Positions 1-12,142 of a stretch of 64,000 nt of DNA are shown here, piece by piece. The translations under genes were made by a program, and so were the position numbers. Positions within the stretch are counted from its first letter, which is position 1, and the number at the start of each line of letters is the position of its first letter. Under the pieces are notes generated by a model, which worked only from the letters and a program-made list of their open reading frames with translations, did no database searches and had not been told where the DNA came from. Source of the stretch: Auanema rhodensis (lineage: Eukaryota; Animalia; Nematoda); the NCBI GenBank assembly GCA_964057225.1, contig OZ059894.1:8556001-8620000 (forward strand), written 5' to 3'.

Positions 1-213
1 CGCACCCGAAGCGAGAATCATACCCCTAGACCATTCGGCCATAAAGTTTAGAAATAATTTTCAAAAAATAGGAGAGTTTTTGTTAAATTGTTAATTTATA
101 ATATATTCTTTAACTTGTTTAGTCATTTTTTTATAAAAAAGGACAAAGCTTGATGATTAGATTATGAATCAGAATCATTAATACTTCGATTTGAGTTAAC
201 AAATCAAAAAATT

Positions 214-285
214 GGGCCGAACCGGGAATTGAACCCGGGACCTCTCGCACCCGAAGCGAGAATCATACCCCTAGACCATTCGGCC
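214..285 (-). tRNA. tRNA-Pro(CGG), representative minus-strand copy
   Basis: 72-nt cloverleaf: acceptor GGCCGAA/TTCGGCC, anticodon arm CTCGC-TTCGGGT-GCGAG, A box TGGTCTAGGGG, B box GGTTCAATTCC, followed by a T6 Pol III terminator. Confidence 0.96.
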
Positions 286-1928
286 ATGAAGTTTGAAAGT
301 TATTTTCAAAAAATAGGAGAGTTTTTGTTAAATTATGAGAATATAATATATTCTTCAACTTGTTTAGTCATTTTTAAACATGATAAGACAAAGCTTGATG
401 ATTAGATTATGAATCAGAATTATTAATACTTCGAATTGAGTTAACAAATCAAAAAATTGGGCCGAACCGGGAATTGAACCCGGGACCTCTCGCACCCGAA
501 GCGAGAATCATACCCCTAGACCATTCGGCCATGAAGTTTGAAAGTTATTTTCAAAAAATAGGAGAGTTTTTGTTAAATTATGAGAATATAATATATTCTT
601 CAACTTGTTTAGTCATTTTTAAACATGATAAGACAAAGCTTGATGATTAGATTATGAATCAGAATCATTAATACTTCGATTTGAGTTAACAAATCAAAAA
701 ATTGGGCCGAACCGGGAATTGAACCCGGGACCTCTCGCACCCGAAGCGAGAATCATACCCCTAGACCATTCGGCCATGAAGTTTGAAAGTTATTTTCAAA
801 AAATAGGAGAGTTTTTGTTAAATTATGAGAATATAATATATTCTTTAACTTGTTTAGTCATTTTTTTATAAAAAAGGACAAAGCTTGATGATTAGATTAT
901 GAATCAGAATCATTAATACTTCGATTTGAGTTAACAAATCAAAAAATTGGGCCGAACCGGGAATTGAACCCGGGACCTCTCGCACCCGAAGCGAGAATCA
1001 TACCCCTAGACCATTCGGCCATGAAGTTTGAAAGTTATTTTCAAAAAATAGGAGAGTTTTTGTTAAATTATGAGAATATAATATATTCTTTAACTTGTTT
1101 AGTCATTTTTTTATAAAAAAGGACAAAGCTTGATGATTAGATTATGAATCAGAATCATTAATACTTCGAATTGAGTTAACAAATCAAAATATTGGGCCGA
1201 ACCGGGAATTGAACCCGGGACCTCTCGCACCCGAAGCGAGAATCATACCCCTAGACCATTCGGCCATAAAGTTTAGAAATAATTTTCAAAAAATAGGAGA
1301 GTTTTTGTTAAATTGTTAATTTATAATATATTCTTTAACTTGTTTAGTCATTTTTTTATAAAAAAGGACAAAGCTTGATGATTAGATTATGAATCAGAAT
1401 CATTAATACTTCGATTTGAGTTAACAAATCAAAAAATTGGGCCGAACCGGGAATTGAACCCGGGACCTCTCGCACCCGAAGCGAGAATCATACCCCTAGA
1501 CCATTCGGCCATGAAGTTTGAAAGTTATTTTCAAAAAATAGGAGAGTTTTTGTTAAATTGTTAATTAATAATATATTCTTTAACTTGTTTAGTCATTTTT
1601 TTACAAGACAGGACAAAGCGTGATGATTTGATAATGAATCAGAATCATTAATACTTCGATTTCAGTTAACAAATCAAAAAATAGGGCCGAACCGGAAATT
1701 GAACCCGGGACATCTTGCACCCGAAGCGAGAATCATACCCCTAGACCATTCGGCCATGAAGTTCGAAAGTTATTTTCGAAAAATAGGAGAGTTTTTGTTA
1801 AATTGTTAATTTATAATATATTCTTTAACTTGTTTAGTCATTTTTTTACAAGACAGGACAAAGCGTGATGATTTGATAATGAATCAGAATCATTAATACT
1901 TCGATTTCAGTTAACAAATCAAAAAATA

Positions 1929-2000
1929 GGGCCGAACCGGAAATTGAACCCGGGACATCTTGCACACGAAGCGAGAATCATACCCCTAGACCATTCGGCC
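1929..2000 (-). pseudogene. tRNA-Pro-derived copy with CGT anticodon plus anticodon-stem, variable-loop and T-arm changes
   Basis: Plus strand reads ggaaattgaacccgggacatcttgcacacgaagc versus consensus gggaattgaacccgggacctctcgcacccgaagc. Confidence 0.7.
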
Positions 2001-5000
2001 ATGAAGTTCGAAAGTTATTTTCGAAAAATAGGAGAGTTTTTGTTAAATTGTTAATTTATAATATATTCTTTAACTTGTTTAGTCATTTTTTTACAAGACA
2101 GGACAAAGCGTGATGATTTGATAATGAATCAGAATCATTAATACTTCGATTTCAGTTAACAAATCAAAAAATAGGGCCGAACCGGAAATTGAACCCGGGA
2201 CCTCTCGCACCCGAAGCGAGAATCATACCCCTAGACCATTCGGCCATGAAGTTTGAAAGTTATTTTCAAAAAATAGGAGAGTTTTTGTTAAATTGTTAAT
2301 TTATAATATATTCTTTAACTTGTTTAGTCATTTTTTTACAAGACAGGACAAAGCGTGATGATTTGATAATGAATCAGAATCATTAATACTTCGATTTCAG
2401 TTAACAAATCAAAAAATAGGGCCGAACCGGAAATTGAACCCGGGACATCTTGCACCCGAAGCGAGAATCATACCCCTAGACCATTCGGCCATGAAGTTTG
2501 AAAGTTATTTTCAAAAAATAGGAGAGTTTTTGTTAAATTATGAGAATATAATATATTCTTCAACTTGTTTAGTCATTTTTTTACAAGACAGGACAAAGCT
2601 TGATGATTAGATTATGAATCAGAATTATTAATACTTCGAATTGAGTTAACAAATCAAAAAATTGGGCCGAACCGGGAATTGAACCCGGGACCTCTCGCAC
2701 CCGAAGCGAGAATCATACCCCTAGACCATTCGGCCATAAAGTTTAGAAGTAATTTTCAAAAAATAGGAGAGTGTTTGTTAAATTGTTAATTTATAATATA
2801 TTCTTTAACTTGTTTAGTCATTTTTAAACATGATAAGACAAAGCTTGATGATTAGATTATGAATCAGAATTATTAATACTTCGAATTGAGTTAACAAATC
2901 AAAAAATTGGGCCGAACCGGGAATTGAACCTGGGAGCTCTCGCACCCGAAGCGAGAATCATACCCCTAGACCATTCGGCCATAAAGTTTAGAAGTAATTT
3001 TCAAAAAATAGGAGAGTTTTTGTTAAATTGTTAATTTATAATATATTCTTTAACTTGTTTAGTCATTTTTTTATAAAAAAGGACAAAGCTTGATGATTAG
3101 ATTATGAATCAGAATCATTAATACTTCGATTTCAGTTAACAAATCAAAAAATAGGGCCGAACCGGAAATTGAACCCGGGACCTCTCGCACCCGAAGCGAG
3201 AATCATACCCCTAGACCATTCGGCCATGAAGTTTGAAAGTTATTTTCAAAAAATAGGAGAGTTTTTGTTAAATTGTTAATTTATAATATATTCTTTAACT
3301 TGTTTAGTCATTTTTTTATAAAAAAGGACAAAGCTTGATGATTAGATTATGAATCAGAATCATTAATACTTCGATTTCAGTTATCAAATCAAAAAATTGG
3401 GCCGAACCGGGAATTGAACCCGGGACCTCTCGCACCCGAAGCGAGAATCATACCCCTAGACCATTCGGCCATGAAGTTTGAAAGTTATTTTCAAAAAATA
3501 GGAGAGTTTTTGTTAAATTGTTAATTTATAATATATTCTTTAACTTGTTTAGTCATTTTTTTATAAAAAAGGACAAAGCTTGATGATTAGATTATGAATC
3601 AGAATCATTAATACTTCGATTTCAGTTAACAAATCAAAAAATAGGGCCGAACCGGAAATTGAACCCGGGACATCTTGCACCCGAAGCGAGAATCATACCC
3701 CTAGATCATTCGGCCATGAAGTTTGAAAGTTATTTTCAAAAAATAGGAGAGTTTTTGTTAAATTATGAGAATATAATATATTCTTCAACTTGTTTAGTCA
3801 TTTTTAAACATGATAAGACAAAGCTTGATGATTAGATTATGAATCAGAATCATTAATACTTCGAATTGAGTTAACAAATCAAAAAATTGGGCCGAACCGG
3901 GAATTGAACCCGGGACCTCTCGCACCCGAAGCGAGAATCATACCCCTAGACCATTCGGCCATGAAGTTTGAAAGTTATTTTCAAAAAATAGGAGAGTTTT
4001 TGTTAAATTGTTAATTTATAATATATTCTTTAACTTGTTTAGTCATTTTTTTATAAAAAAGGACAAAGCTTGATGATTAGATTATGAATCAGAATCATTA
4101 ATACTTCGATTTCAGTTATCAAATCAAAAAATTGGGCCGAACCGGGAATTGAACCCGGGACCTCTCGCACCCGAAGCGAGAATCATACCCCTAGACCATT
4201 CGGCCATGAAGTTTGAAAGTTATTTTCAAAAAATAGGAGAGTTTTTGTTAAATTGTTAATTTATAATATATTCTTTAACTTGTTTAGTCATTTTTTTATA
4301 AAAAAGGACAAAGCGTGATGATTTGATAATGAATCAGAATCATTAATACTTCGATTTCAGTTAACAAATCAAAAAATAGGGCCGAACCGGAAATTGAACC
4401 CGGGACCTCTCGCACCCGAAGCGAGAATCATACCCCTAGACCATTCGGCCATAAAGTTTAGAAATAATTTTCAAAAAATAGGAGAGTTTTTGTTAAATTG
4501 TTAATTTATAATATATTCTTCAACTTGTTTAGTCATTTTTAAACATGATAAGACAAAGCTTGATGATTAGATTATGAATCAGAATTATTAATACTTCGAA
4601 TTGAGTTAACAAATCAAAAAATTGGGCCGAACCGGGAATTGAACCCGGGACCTCTCGCACCCGAAGCGAGAATCATACCCCTAGACCATTCGGCCATAAA
4701 GTTTAGAAGTAATTTTCAAAAAATAGGAGAGTGTTTGTTAAATTGTTAATTTATAATATATTCTTTAACTTGTTTAGTCATTTTTAAACATGATAAGACA
4801 AAGCTTGATGATTAGATTATGAATCAGAATTATTAATACTTCGAATTGAGTTAACAAATCAAAAAATTGGGCCGAACCGGGAATTGAACCCGGGACCTCT
4901 CGCACCCGAAGCGAGAATCATACCCCTAGACCATTCGGCCATAAAGTTTAGAAATAATTTTCAAAAAATAGGAGAGTTTTTGTTAAATTGTTAATTTATA

Positions 5001-5540
5001 ATATATTCTTTAACTTGTTTAGTCATTTTTTTATAAAAAAGGACAAAGCTTGATGATTAGATTATGAATCAGAATCATTAATACTTCGATTTGAGTTAAC
5101 AAATCAAAAAATTGGGCCGAACCGGGAATTGAACCCAGGACCTCTCGCACCCGAAGCGAGAATCATACCCCTAGACCATTCGGCCATGAAGTTTGAAAGT
5201 TATTTTCAAAAAATAGGAGAGTTTTTGTTAAATTGTTAATTTATAATATATTCTTCAACTTGTTTAGTCATTTTTAAACATGATAAGACAAAGCGTGATG
5301 ATTTGATAATGAATCAGAATCATTAATACTTCGATTTCAGTTAACAAATCAAAAAATAGGGCCGAACCGGAAATTGAACCCGGGACATCTTGCACCCGAA
5401 GCGAGAATCATACCCCTAGATCATTCGGCCATGAAGTTTGAAAGTTATTTTCAAAAAATAGGAGAGTTTTTGTTAAATTATGAGAATATAATATATTCTT
5501 CAACTTGTTTAGTCATTTTTAAACATGACAAGACAAAGCT

Positions 5541-5877
5541 CGTTGCATTCGGAGATCAATACGTTGCAGTCGGGTTAGAATCAGACGACATGAGACTGAG
5601 AGAGGACGACACGCTGGTCATATCGAAAACAGACTTTAGCTTTGCCTTTTGGAATGACTATGGATGGTTGGTCTTCCTTTCTTAGCTCTCTTTTACTTTA
5701 TATCTTTTTGTAGACTTCTATAACTTATTGTAATCATGTAGACATAATAAACCTTTCTTTCTCGAGTCTTATGTTTATCCATTATGCTCTTTATCTACCG
5801 CTACATCTGGAATACTATCACACTCATCTTGTAGGCTTTATCGGTCTATAGGATCGACGTGAGAGCATAACGGAACG
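5541..5877 (+). repeat. 5' LTR (337 bp, CGTT...GGAACG)
   Basis: Homologous to 8122-8437; contains AATAAA; immediately followed by PBS. Confidence 0.85.
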
Positions 5878-5890
5878 TGGAGGTTCCACC
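5878..5890 (+). promoter_or_regulatory. Primer binding site, tRNA-Gln
   Basis: TGGAGGTTCCACC is complementary to the eukaryotic tRNA-Gln 3' end (GGTGGAACCT-CCA) and abuts the LTR. Confidence 0.8.
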
Positions 5891-6931
5891 TCGAACCTTT
5901 TTATCTTCATTCTTGACTATTTTCTCTTATATTTCGTTATTTTTTTTACAATTTTTTGAATCTGAATGCTCTTATATCTCTAAACCATCTACCATGTCTT
6001 AACACAATACGGTGGGGCCAACAACGTTTTAAAAAGGAACAGATGAAGGGACCACTCCTTTTGGAGATGGATCTTCTATATTTTGAGAAACTTAAGTTAT
6101 ATTGTCTCGTGTGTTTACAATTTTTTTTCTGTCTGAACTGAACCATTTTTATATGCTTGCTGTTAACATCAAATACCAAGTTACCCGAACTCGAAGCATT
6201 TTTGAGGACCCTAAGATGAATAAGTGAACAAATTCACCAGAGGATTTTTTTTTGAGATTTATGCCCACTGTTTCTCTTTTTAAGGAACAATTTTGGCTTC
6301 GAGGAAAGAATAGCCACGGTTATTTCTTTTATTTTTGTGGATGAAACAATTTTTGCACTGGAGGAGCCTTATTAGTTCCACCTGTAGTAAAGAAATGTAA
6401 ATTAACAGAAACAAATCATGTGCTACGTACACAAATCCATCTATACACGCGAAACCACACGGCACACGAGTGGGACGCGTGGTGCTGCTCGAAGGAAGTA
6501 CACAAGCTGCGTGTACGCGATTTGTTATTCCTCCGAGACACAAACAGAACAATCGATAGGGTGCAGCCTATAGCGGAGCACGAGTGCAGGCAGGCGATTC
6601 GCGATCGCGAGACGAGTACGAGGAGCGGCCGCGTTTAGTACTAGAGCGCGGAGTCATGACCCGCATGCCCGATGATACAATATTATCCAATTTAATACTA
6701 AACACTGAAGGTCGTAGTGCTCATCATGGTAATTGCAAATCAAATACATCAATAATTATATGGGATCCCCAAACATCGGATTCTTGTTGTAATTATATCG
6801 ATATGCATTACTACGATGCTATAATCAGAGCAGAAACTATTTTAACTCCAAGTACACAATCAGCGCTTATCCTTTCGAGTAAAATAACACCAAAGCCAAT
6901 TGCATCCTGCTTTAGACAACCATCGCTATAA

Positions 6932-7497
6932 CAACAATTGTCGCCGATGTCATCATTGATAGATTCCTCAGGAAGTTCGTATATATTTTTATACCACCAA
7001 ATCGTTTAATAACCGATTGTGGATCTAATTTTGTATCAAAGAAATTTGAAGAAATGTGTGAAAAACTTGGCATTAAACACGAGCCAACACTCCCTCATCA
7101 GAAAAACTCTAATGGACAAGTCGAAAGACTACACAGAACGCTAGAAGAAAGATTAACACACTATCTCAACAAAGACGTAACTGATTGGGACATGTATTTA
7201 CCAAAAATTACTTTTGCGTTAAATACAATAACACACGCAACGACAGGAATCTCTCCATACATAGCATTATTCGGAAAAGAAAGTCGTATGAGATTAGACA
7301 AAGAATTATTCCCCGAGACATTACAACCAGAGACCTTGGAAGAAATTGAGAATACCGAATATATCAGAGAAGAAAGAAGAAGCATCATTCAAGAAAATCT
7401 AGCAAAACATCAAGAAACCGCGAAGAAAAAGCATGATTGGATTTGTATAACTTTGTACTCTCTTGTCAACTCTCTTTTAAAAAACCAGAGCTATTAA
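6932..7497 (+). pseudogene. Ty3/gypsy integrase fragment (C-terminal half of rve core)
   Basis: In-frame LITDCGSNF...CEKLGIKH...SNGQVERLHRTL...DWDMYLPKITFALN...TGISPY; N-terminal part missing. Confidence 0.85.
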
Positions 7498-8121
7498 TAT
7501 TATTATATCATTGAAAAACTTGAGTAAGACGAGATGTAAGCTAATAATCGAAGAGCATTTCAGTTTCAAAGAATATATGATTATAAAACTTCATCAATTT
7601 CAAATAATTTCCCGTAAATAAAGAAGAAATGAAAGATAAGAGACATTATATTGCATATTCATCTGAGCAACAGTCCTTATCAAGTAGTTAATGATTCAAT
7701 TCCGGAAATTATATGGGATTTAATTTATTTTCATTTTTTTATTATTACAATTCGCTTTGAATACGCTGAGGAAACGTGCTAGCTCCATCGATAATATAGC
7801 ATGACTCTCGTTGCTCTATACTCAAACAAGTTAGACATGCAGCGTCGTGCCTAAAAAAGTATTTTGCGCACTCTCGCTGACGAAATATAGATCTGGTATT
7901 CTAAAAGATTGTTTTATTATTTAATATTCATGTATTTTCAAATAATTTTCATTAAATTCTTCTTAGATAATATTGTTTAACATTATATTGTAATTTATCT
8001 TTACTATTTTTATGTCAACATTGTAATTTTTATTTTTAAAAACTAAACCTTCTGCTACGTTTGAAACAAGCCACATATTTTGCTATTCGCGAGGACGCGA
8101 CATAAACTCGAAAAAATGGCA

Positions 8122-8437
8122 CGTACCATTCGGAAATCAATACGTAGCAGGCGGGTTAGAATCAGACGACACGCCCTTCATATGGAACGCAGACTTCAGC
8201 TTTGCCTTATGCAATGACTATGGATGGTTGGTCTTCCTTTCTTAGCTCTCTTTTACCTTATATCTTTATGTAGACTTCTATAACTTATTGTAATCATGTA
8301 GACATAATAAACCTTTCTTTCTCGAGTCTTATGTTTATCCATTATGCTCTATATCTACCGCTACATCTGAAATACTATCACACTCATCTTGTAGGCTTTA
8401 TTGGTCTATAGGATCGACGTGAGAGCATAACGGAACG
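8122..8437 (+). repeat. 3' LTR (316 bp, CGTA...GGAACG)
   Basis: Last ~225 bp near-identical to the 5' LTR; first ~90 bp diverged with a 21-bp indel. Confidence 0.8.
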
Positions 8438-11434
8438 AAGAATATATTATATTCCCACAATTTCAAAAAATCTCTCTTATTTTTTGAAAATTACTTCTAA
8501 TTCTTGTGGCCGAATGGTCTAGGCGTATGATTCTCTCTTCGGGTGCGAGAGGTCTCGGGTTCAATTCCCGGTTCGGCCCAATTTTTGATTTGATAACTCA
8601 AATCGAAGTATTAATGATTCTGATTCATAATCTAATCATCACGTTTTGTCCTTTTTTGTAAAAAAATGACTAAACAAGTTAAAGAATATATTATATTCTC
8701 ATAATTTAGCAAAAACTCTCTTATTTTTTAAAATTACTTCTGAACTTTATGGCCGAAAGGTCTAGGGGTATGATTCTCGCTTCGGGTGCGAGAGGTCCCG
8801 GGTTCAATTCCCGGTTCGGCCCAATTTTTGATTTGTTATCTCAAATCGAAGTATTATTGATTCTGATTCATAATCTAATCATTACGCTTTGTCCTTTTTT
8901 GTAAAATAATGACTAAACAAGTTGAGGAACATGTTATATTCCCACAATTTCACGAAAACTCTCCTATTTTTTGAAAATTACTTCTAAACTTTATGGCCGA
9001 ATGGTCTAGCGGTATGATTCTCGCTTCGGGTGCGAGAGGTCCCGGGTTCAATTCCCGGTTCGGCACAATTTTTTGATTTGATAACTCAAATCGAAGTATT
9101 AATGATTCTGATTCATAATCTAATCATCACGCTTTGTAATTTTTTGTAAAATAATGACTAAACAAGTTGAAGAACATGTTATATTCCCACAATTTCACGA
9201 AAACTCTCCTATTTTTTGAAAATTACTTCTAAACTTTATGGCCGAATGGTCTAGGGGTATGATTCTCGCTTCGTGTGCGAGAGGTCCCGGGTTCAATTCC
9301 CGGTTCGGCCCAATTTTTGATTTGATAACTCAAATCGAAGTATTAATGATTCTGATTCATAATCTAATCATCACGCTTTGTCCTTTTTTGTAAAAAAATG
9401 ACTAAACAAGTTGAAGAATATATTATATTCCCACAATTTCACGAAAACTCTCCTATTTTTTGAAAATTACTTCTAAACTTTATGGCCGAATGGTCTAGGG
9501 GTATGATTCTCGCTTCGGGTGCGAGAGGTCCCGGGTTAAATTCCCGGTTCGGCCCAATTTTTTGATTTGATAACTCAAATCGAAGTATTATTGATTCTCA
9601 TTCATAATGTATTCATCACGCTTTGTCCTTTTTTGTAAAAAAATGACTAAACAAGTTGAAGAATATATTATATTCCCACAATTTCACAAAATCTCTCTTA
9701 TTTTTTAAAATTACTTCTAAACTTCATGGCCGAATGGTCTAGGGGTATGATTCTCGCTTCGGGTGCGAGAGGTCCCGGGTTCAATTCCCGGTTCGGCCCA
9801 ATTTTTTGATTTGTTAACTGAAATCGAAGAATTAATGATTCTGATTCATTATCTAATCATCACGCTTTGTCCTTTCTTGTAAAAAAATGACTAAACAAGT
9901 TAAAGAATATATTATAAATTAACAATTTAACAAAAACTCTCCTATTTTTTGAAAATAACTTTCAAACTTTATGGCCGAATGGTCTAGGGGTATGATTCTC
10001 GCTTCGGGTGCAAGATGTCCCGGGTTCAATTTCCGGTTCGGCCCTATTTTTTGATTTGTTAACTGAAATCGAAGTATTAATGATTCTGATTCATTATCAA
10101 ATCATCACGCTTTGTCCTTTTTTGTAAAAAAATGACTTAAGAAGTTGAAGAATATATTATATTCCCACAATTTCACGAAAACTCTCCTATTTTTTGAAAA
10201 TTACTTCTAAACTTTATGGCCGAATGGTCTAGGGGTATGATTCTCGCTTCGGGTGCGAGAGGTCCCGGGTTCAATTCCCGGTTCGGCCCAATTTTTTGAT
10301 TTGATAACTCAAATCGAAGTATTAATGATTCTGATTCATAATCTAATCATCACGCTTTGTCCTTTTTTGTAAAAAAATGACTTAAGAAGTTGAAAAATAT
10401 ATTATATTCCCACAATTTCACGAAAACTCTCCTATTTTTTGAAAATTACTTCTAAACTTTATGGCCGAATGGTCTAGGCGTATGATTCTCGCTTCGGGTG
10501 CGAGAGGTCCCGTGTTCAATTCTCGGTTCGGCCCAATTTTTTGATTTGATAACTCAAATCGAAGTATTATTGATTCTCATTCATAATGTATTCATCACGC
10601 TTTGTCCTTTTTTGTAAAAAAATGACTAAACAAATTAAAGAATATATTATAAATTAACAATTTAACAAAAACTCTCCTATTTTTTGAAAATAACTTTCAA
10701 ACTTCATGGCCGAATGGTCTAGGGGTATGATTCTCGCTTCGGGTGCGAGAGGTCCCGGGTTCAATTCCCGGTTCGGCCCAATTTTTTGATTTGATAACTC
10801 AAATCGAAGTATTAATGATTCTGATTCATAATCTAATCATCACGCTTTGTCCTTTTTTGTAAAAAAATGACTTAAGAAGTTGAAGAATATATTATATTCC
10901 CACAATTTCACGAAAACTCTCCTATTTTTTGAAAATTACTTCTAAACTTTATGGCCGAATGGTCTAGGGGTATGATTCTCGCTTCGGGTGCGAGAGGTCC
11001 CGGGTTCAATTCCCGGTTCGGCCCAATTTTTTGATTTGATAACTCAAATCGAAGTATTAATGATTCTGATTCATTATCAAATCATCACGCTTTGTCCTGT
11101 CTTGTAAAAAAATGACTAAACAAGTTAAAGAATATATTATATTCCCACAATTTCACGAAAACTCTCCTATTTTTTGAAAATTACTTCTAAACTTTATGGC
11201 CGAATGGTCTAGGGGTATGATTCTCGCTTCGGGTGCGAGAGGTCCCGGGTTCAATTCCCGGTTCGGCCCAATTTTTTGATTTGTTAACTGAAATCGAAGT
11301 ATTATTGATTCTCATTCATAATGTAATCATCAAGCTTTGTCATGTTCAAAAATGACTAAACAAGTTAAAGAATATATTATAAATTAACAATTTCACAAAA
11401 TCTTTCTTATTTTTTGAAAATTACTTCTAAACTT
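8438..11434 (+). repeat. tRNA-Pro(CGG) array, plus-strand block (12 copies)
   Basis: tRNA starts at 8508, 8751, 8995 ... 11198; more point variants than downstream blocks. Confidence 0.96.
9240..9311 (+). tRNA. tRNA-Pro body with anticodon CGT (Thr-type anticodon variant)
   Basis: CTCGC-TTCGTGT-GCGAG; rest of the gene matches consensus; terminator intact. Confidence 0.8.
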
Positions 11435-11595
11435 CGTTCCGTTATGCTCCCGCGTCGATCTTACAGACCAATGGAGTCTACAAGATGAGCGTGGTAGTAT
11501 TCCAGATGTAGCGTTTAAACATGGAGCATAAGGATAAACATAAGACTCGAGAAAGATTGGTTTATTATATCTACGTGATTACAATAAGATACATA
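11435..11595 (-). repeat. 3' LTR R-U5 segment related to the 5541-5877 LTR
   Basis: Reverse complement ...ataataaacc..tctttctcgagtcttatgtttatcc...gagcataacggaacg; inner boundary uncertain. Confidence 0.75.
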
Positions 11596-12142
11596 TAACT
11601 AAGTAATCAGTATCTGGAAAGAATTAAAAAAATTTTTAACCAAATTATGAAAGTTTTAACCCTCTTTAACGAATACTAGACTATGTTTTATTGGCGAACG
11701 TGCTTATAAAATAATAAAAACAAGTTTTTAAGCATAACGCTCTAACAAGTGTAGACAAAAAGTTAACTATTTTTTTTTGCTAGAGTTTGGTTGTTTGTTT
11801 CAATTTGTGTGAGTTGAGAAAAAAAATAGAAAAGTTTTGCGTAATACCAAATAACTTCTAAATTGAGTCATTGATTACTCAAGTGAAGACTGTTGCTCAG
11901 ATATTGTTGCAAACTATGTCTTTCATTTTTCGTCTCATCTAGTATGGGGAAGTTAGTTGAAATTAGGAAGGTTCGAACTATATGATAAAGAATTATCTTC
12001 TCACATTTCCCGTGTTCATTATGCTCTAGTTTACTTTTTGACTTAAGAGTGACTTGTTTTAGAGGACTCGTTATAAAATTTGTGTTCTAGTATTACTTTA
12101 AAGAAAGTTATTACAAAACAATTTACAATAAAATCTCATGAG

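Larger units (their letters stand above)
1..5540 (-). repeat. Tandem tRNA-Pro(CGG) gene array, minus-strand block (22 full copies + 1 partial, exact 245-bp period)
   Basis: Reverse complement of GGCCGAATGGTCTAGGGGTATGATTCTCGCTTCGGGTGCGAGAGGTCCCGGGTTCAATTCCCGGTTCGGCCC recurs at 214, 459, 704 ... 5359, with AT-rich spacers. Confidence 0.97.
5541..8437 (+). mobile_element. Non-autonomous Ty3/gypsy LTR retrotransposon derivative at the array strand switch
   Basis: Direct terminal repeats 5541-5877 and 8122-8437, PBS, integrase core fragment; flanks AGCT and AAGA do not form a TSD. Confidence 0.85.

Noticed and set aside
1-5540. CRISPR-like regular repeat
   Set aside because: The repeat is a 72-nt tRNA, spacers are near-identical rather than unique, there are no cas genes, and the context is eukaryotic
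5374-6931. ORFs 5374-5685, 5946-6179, 6280-6638 and 6584-6931
   Set aside because: They cross the tRNA/LTR junction or lie in leader DNA with no recognisable domains
8438-11434. tRNA-derived SINE interpretation of the array units
   Set aside because: Full cloverleaf with immediate Pol III terminator, strict tandem arrangement, no tails or per-unit TSDs
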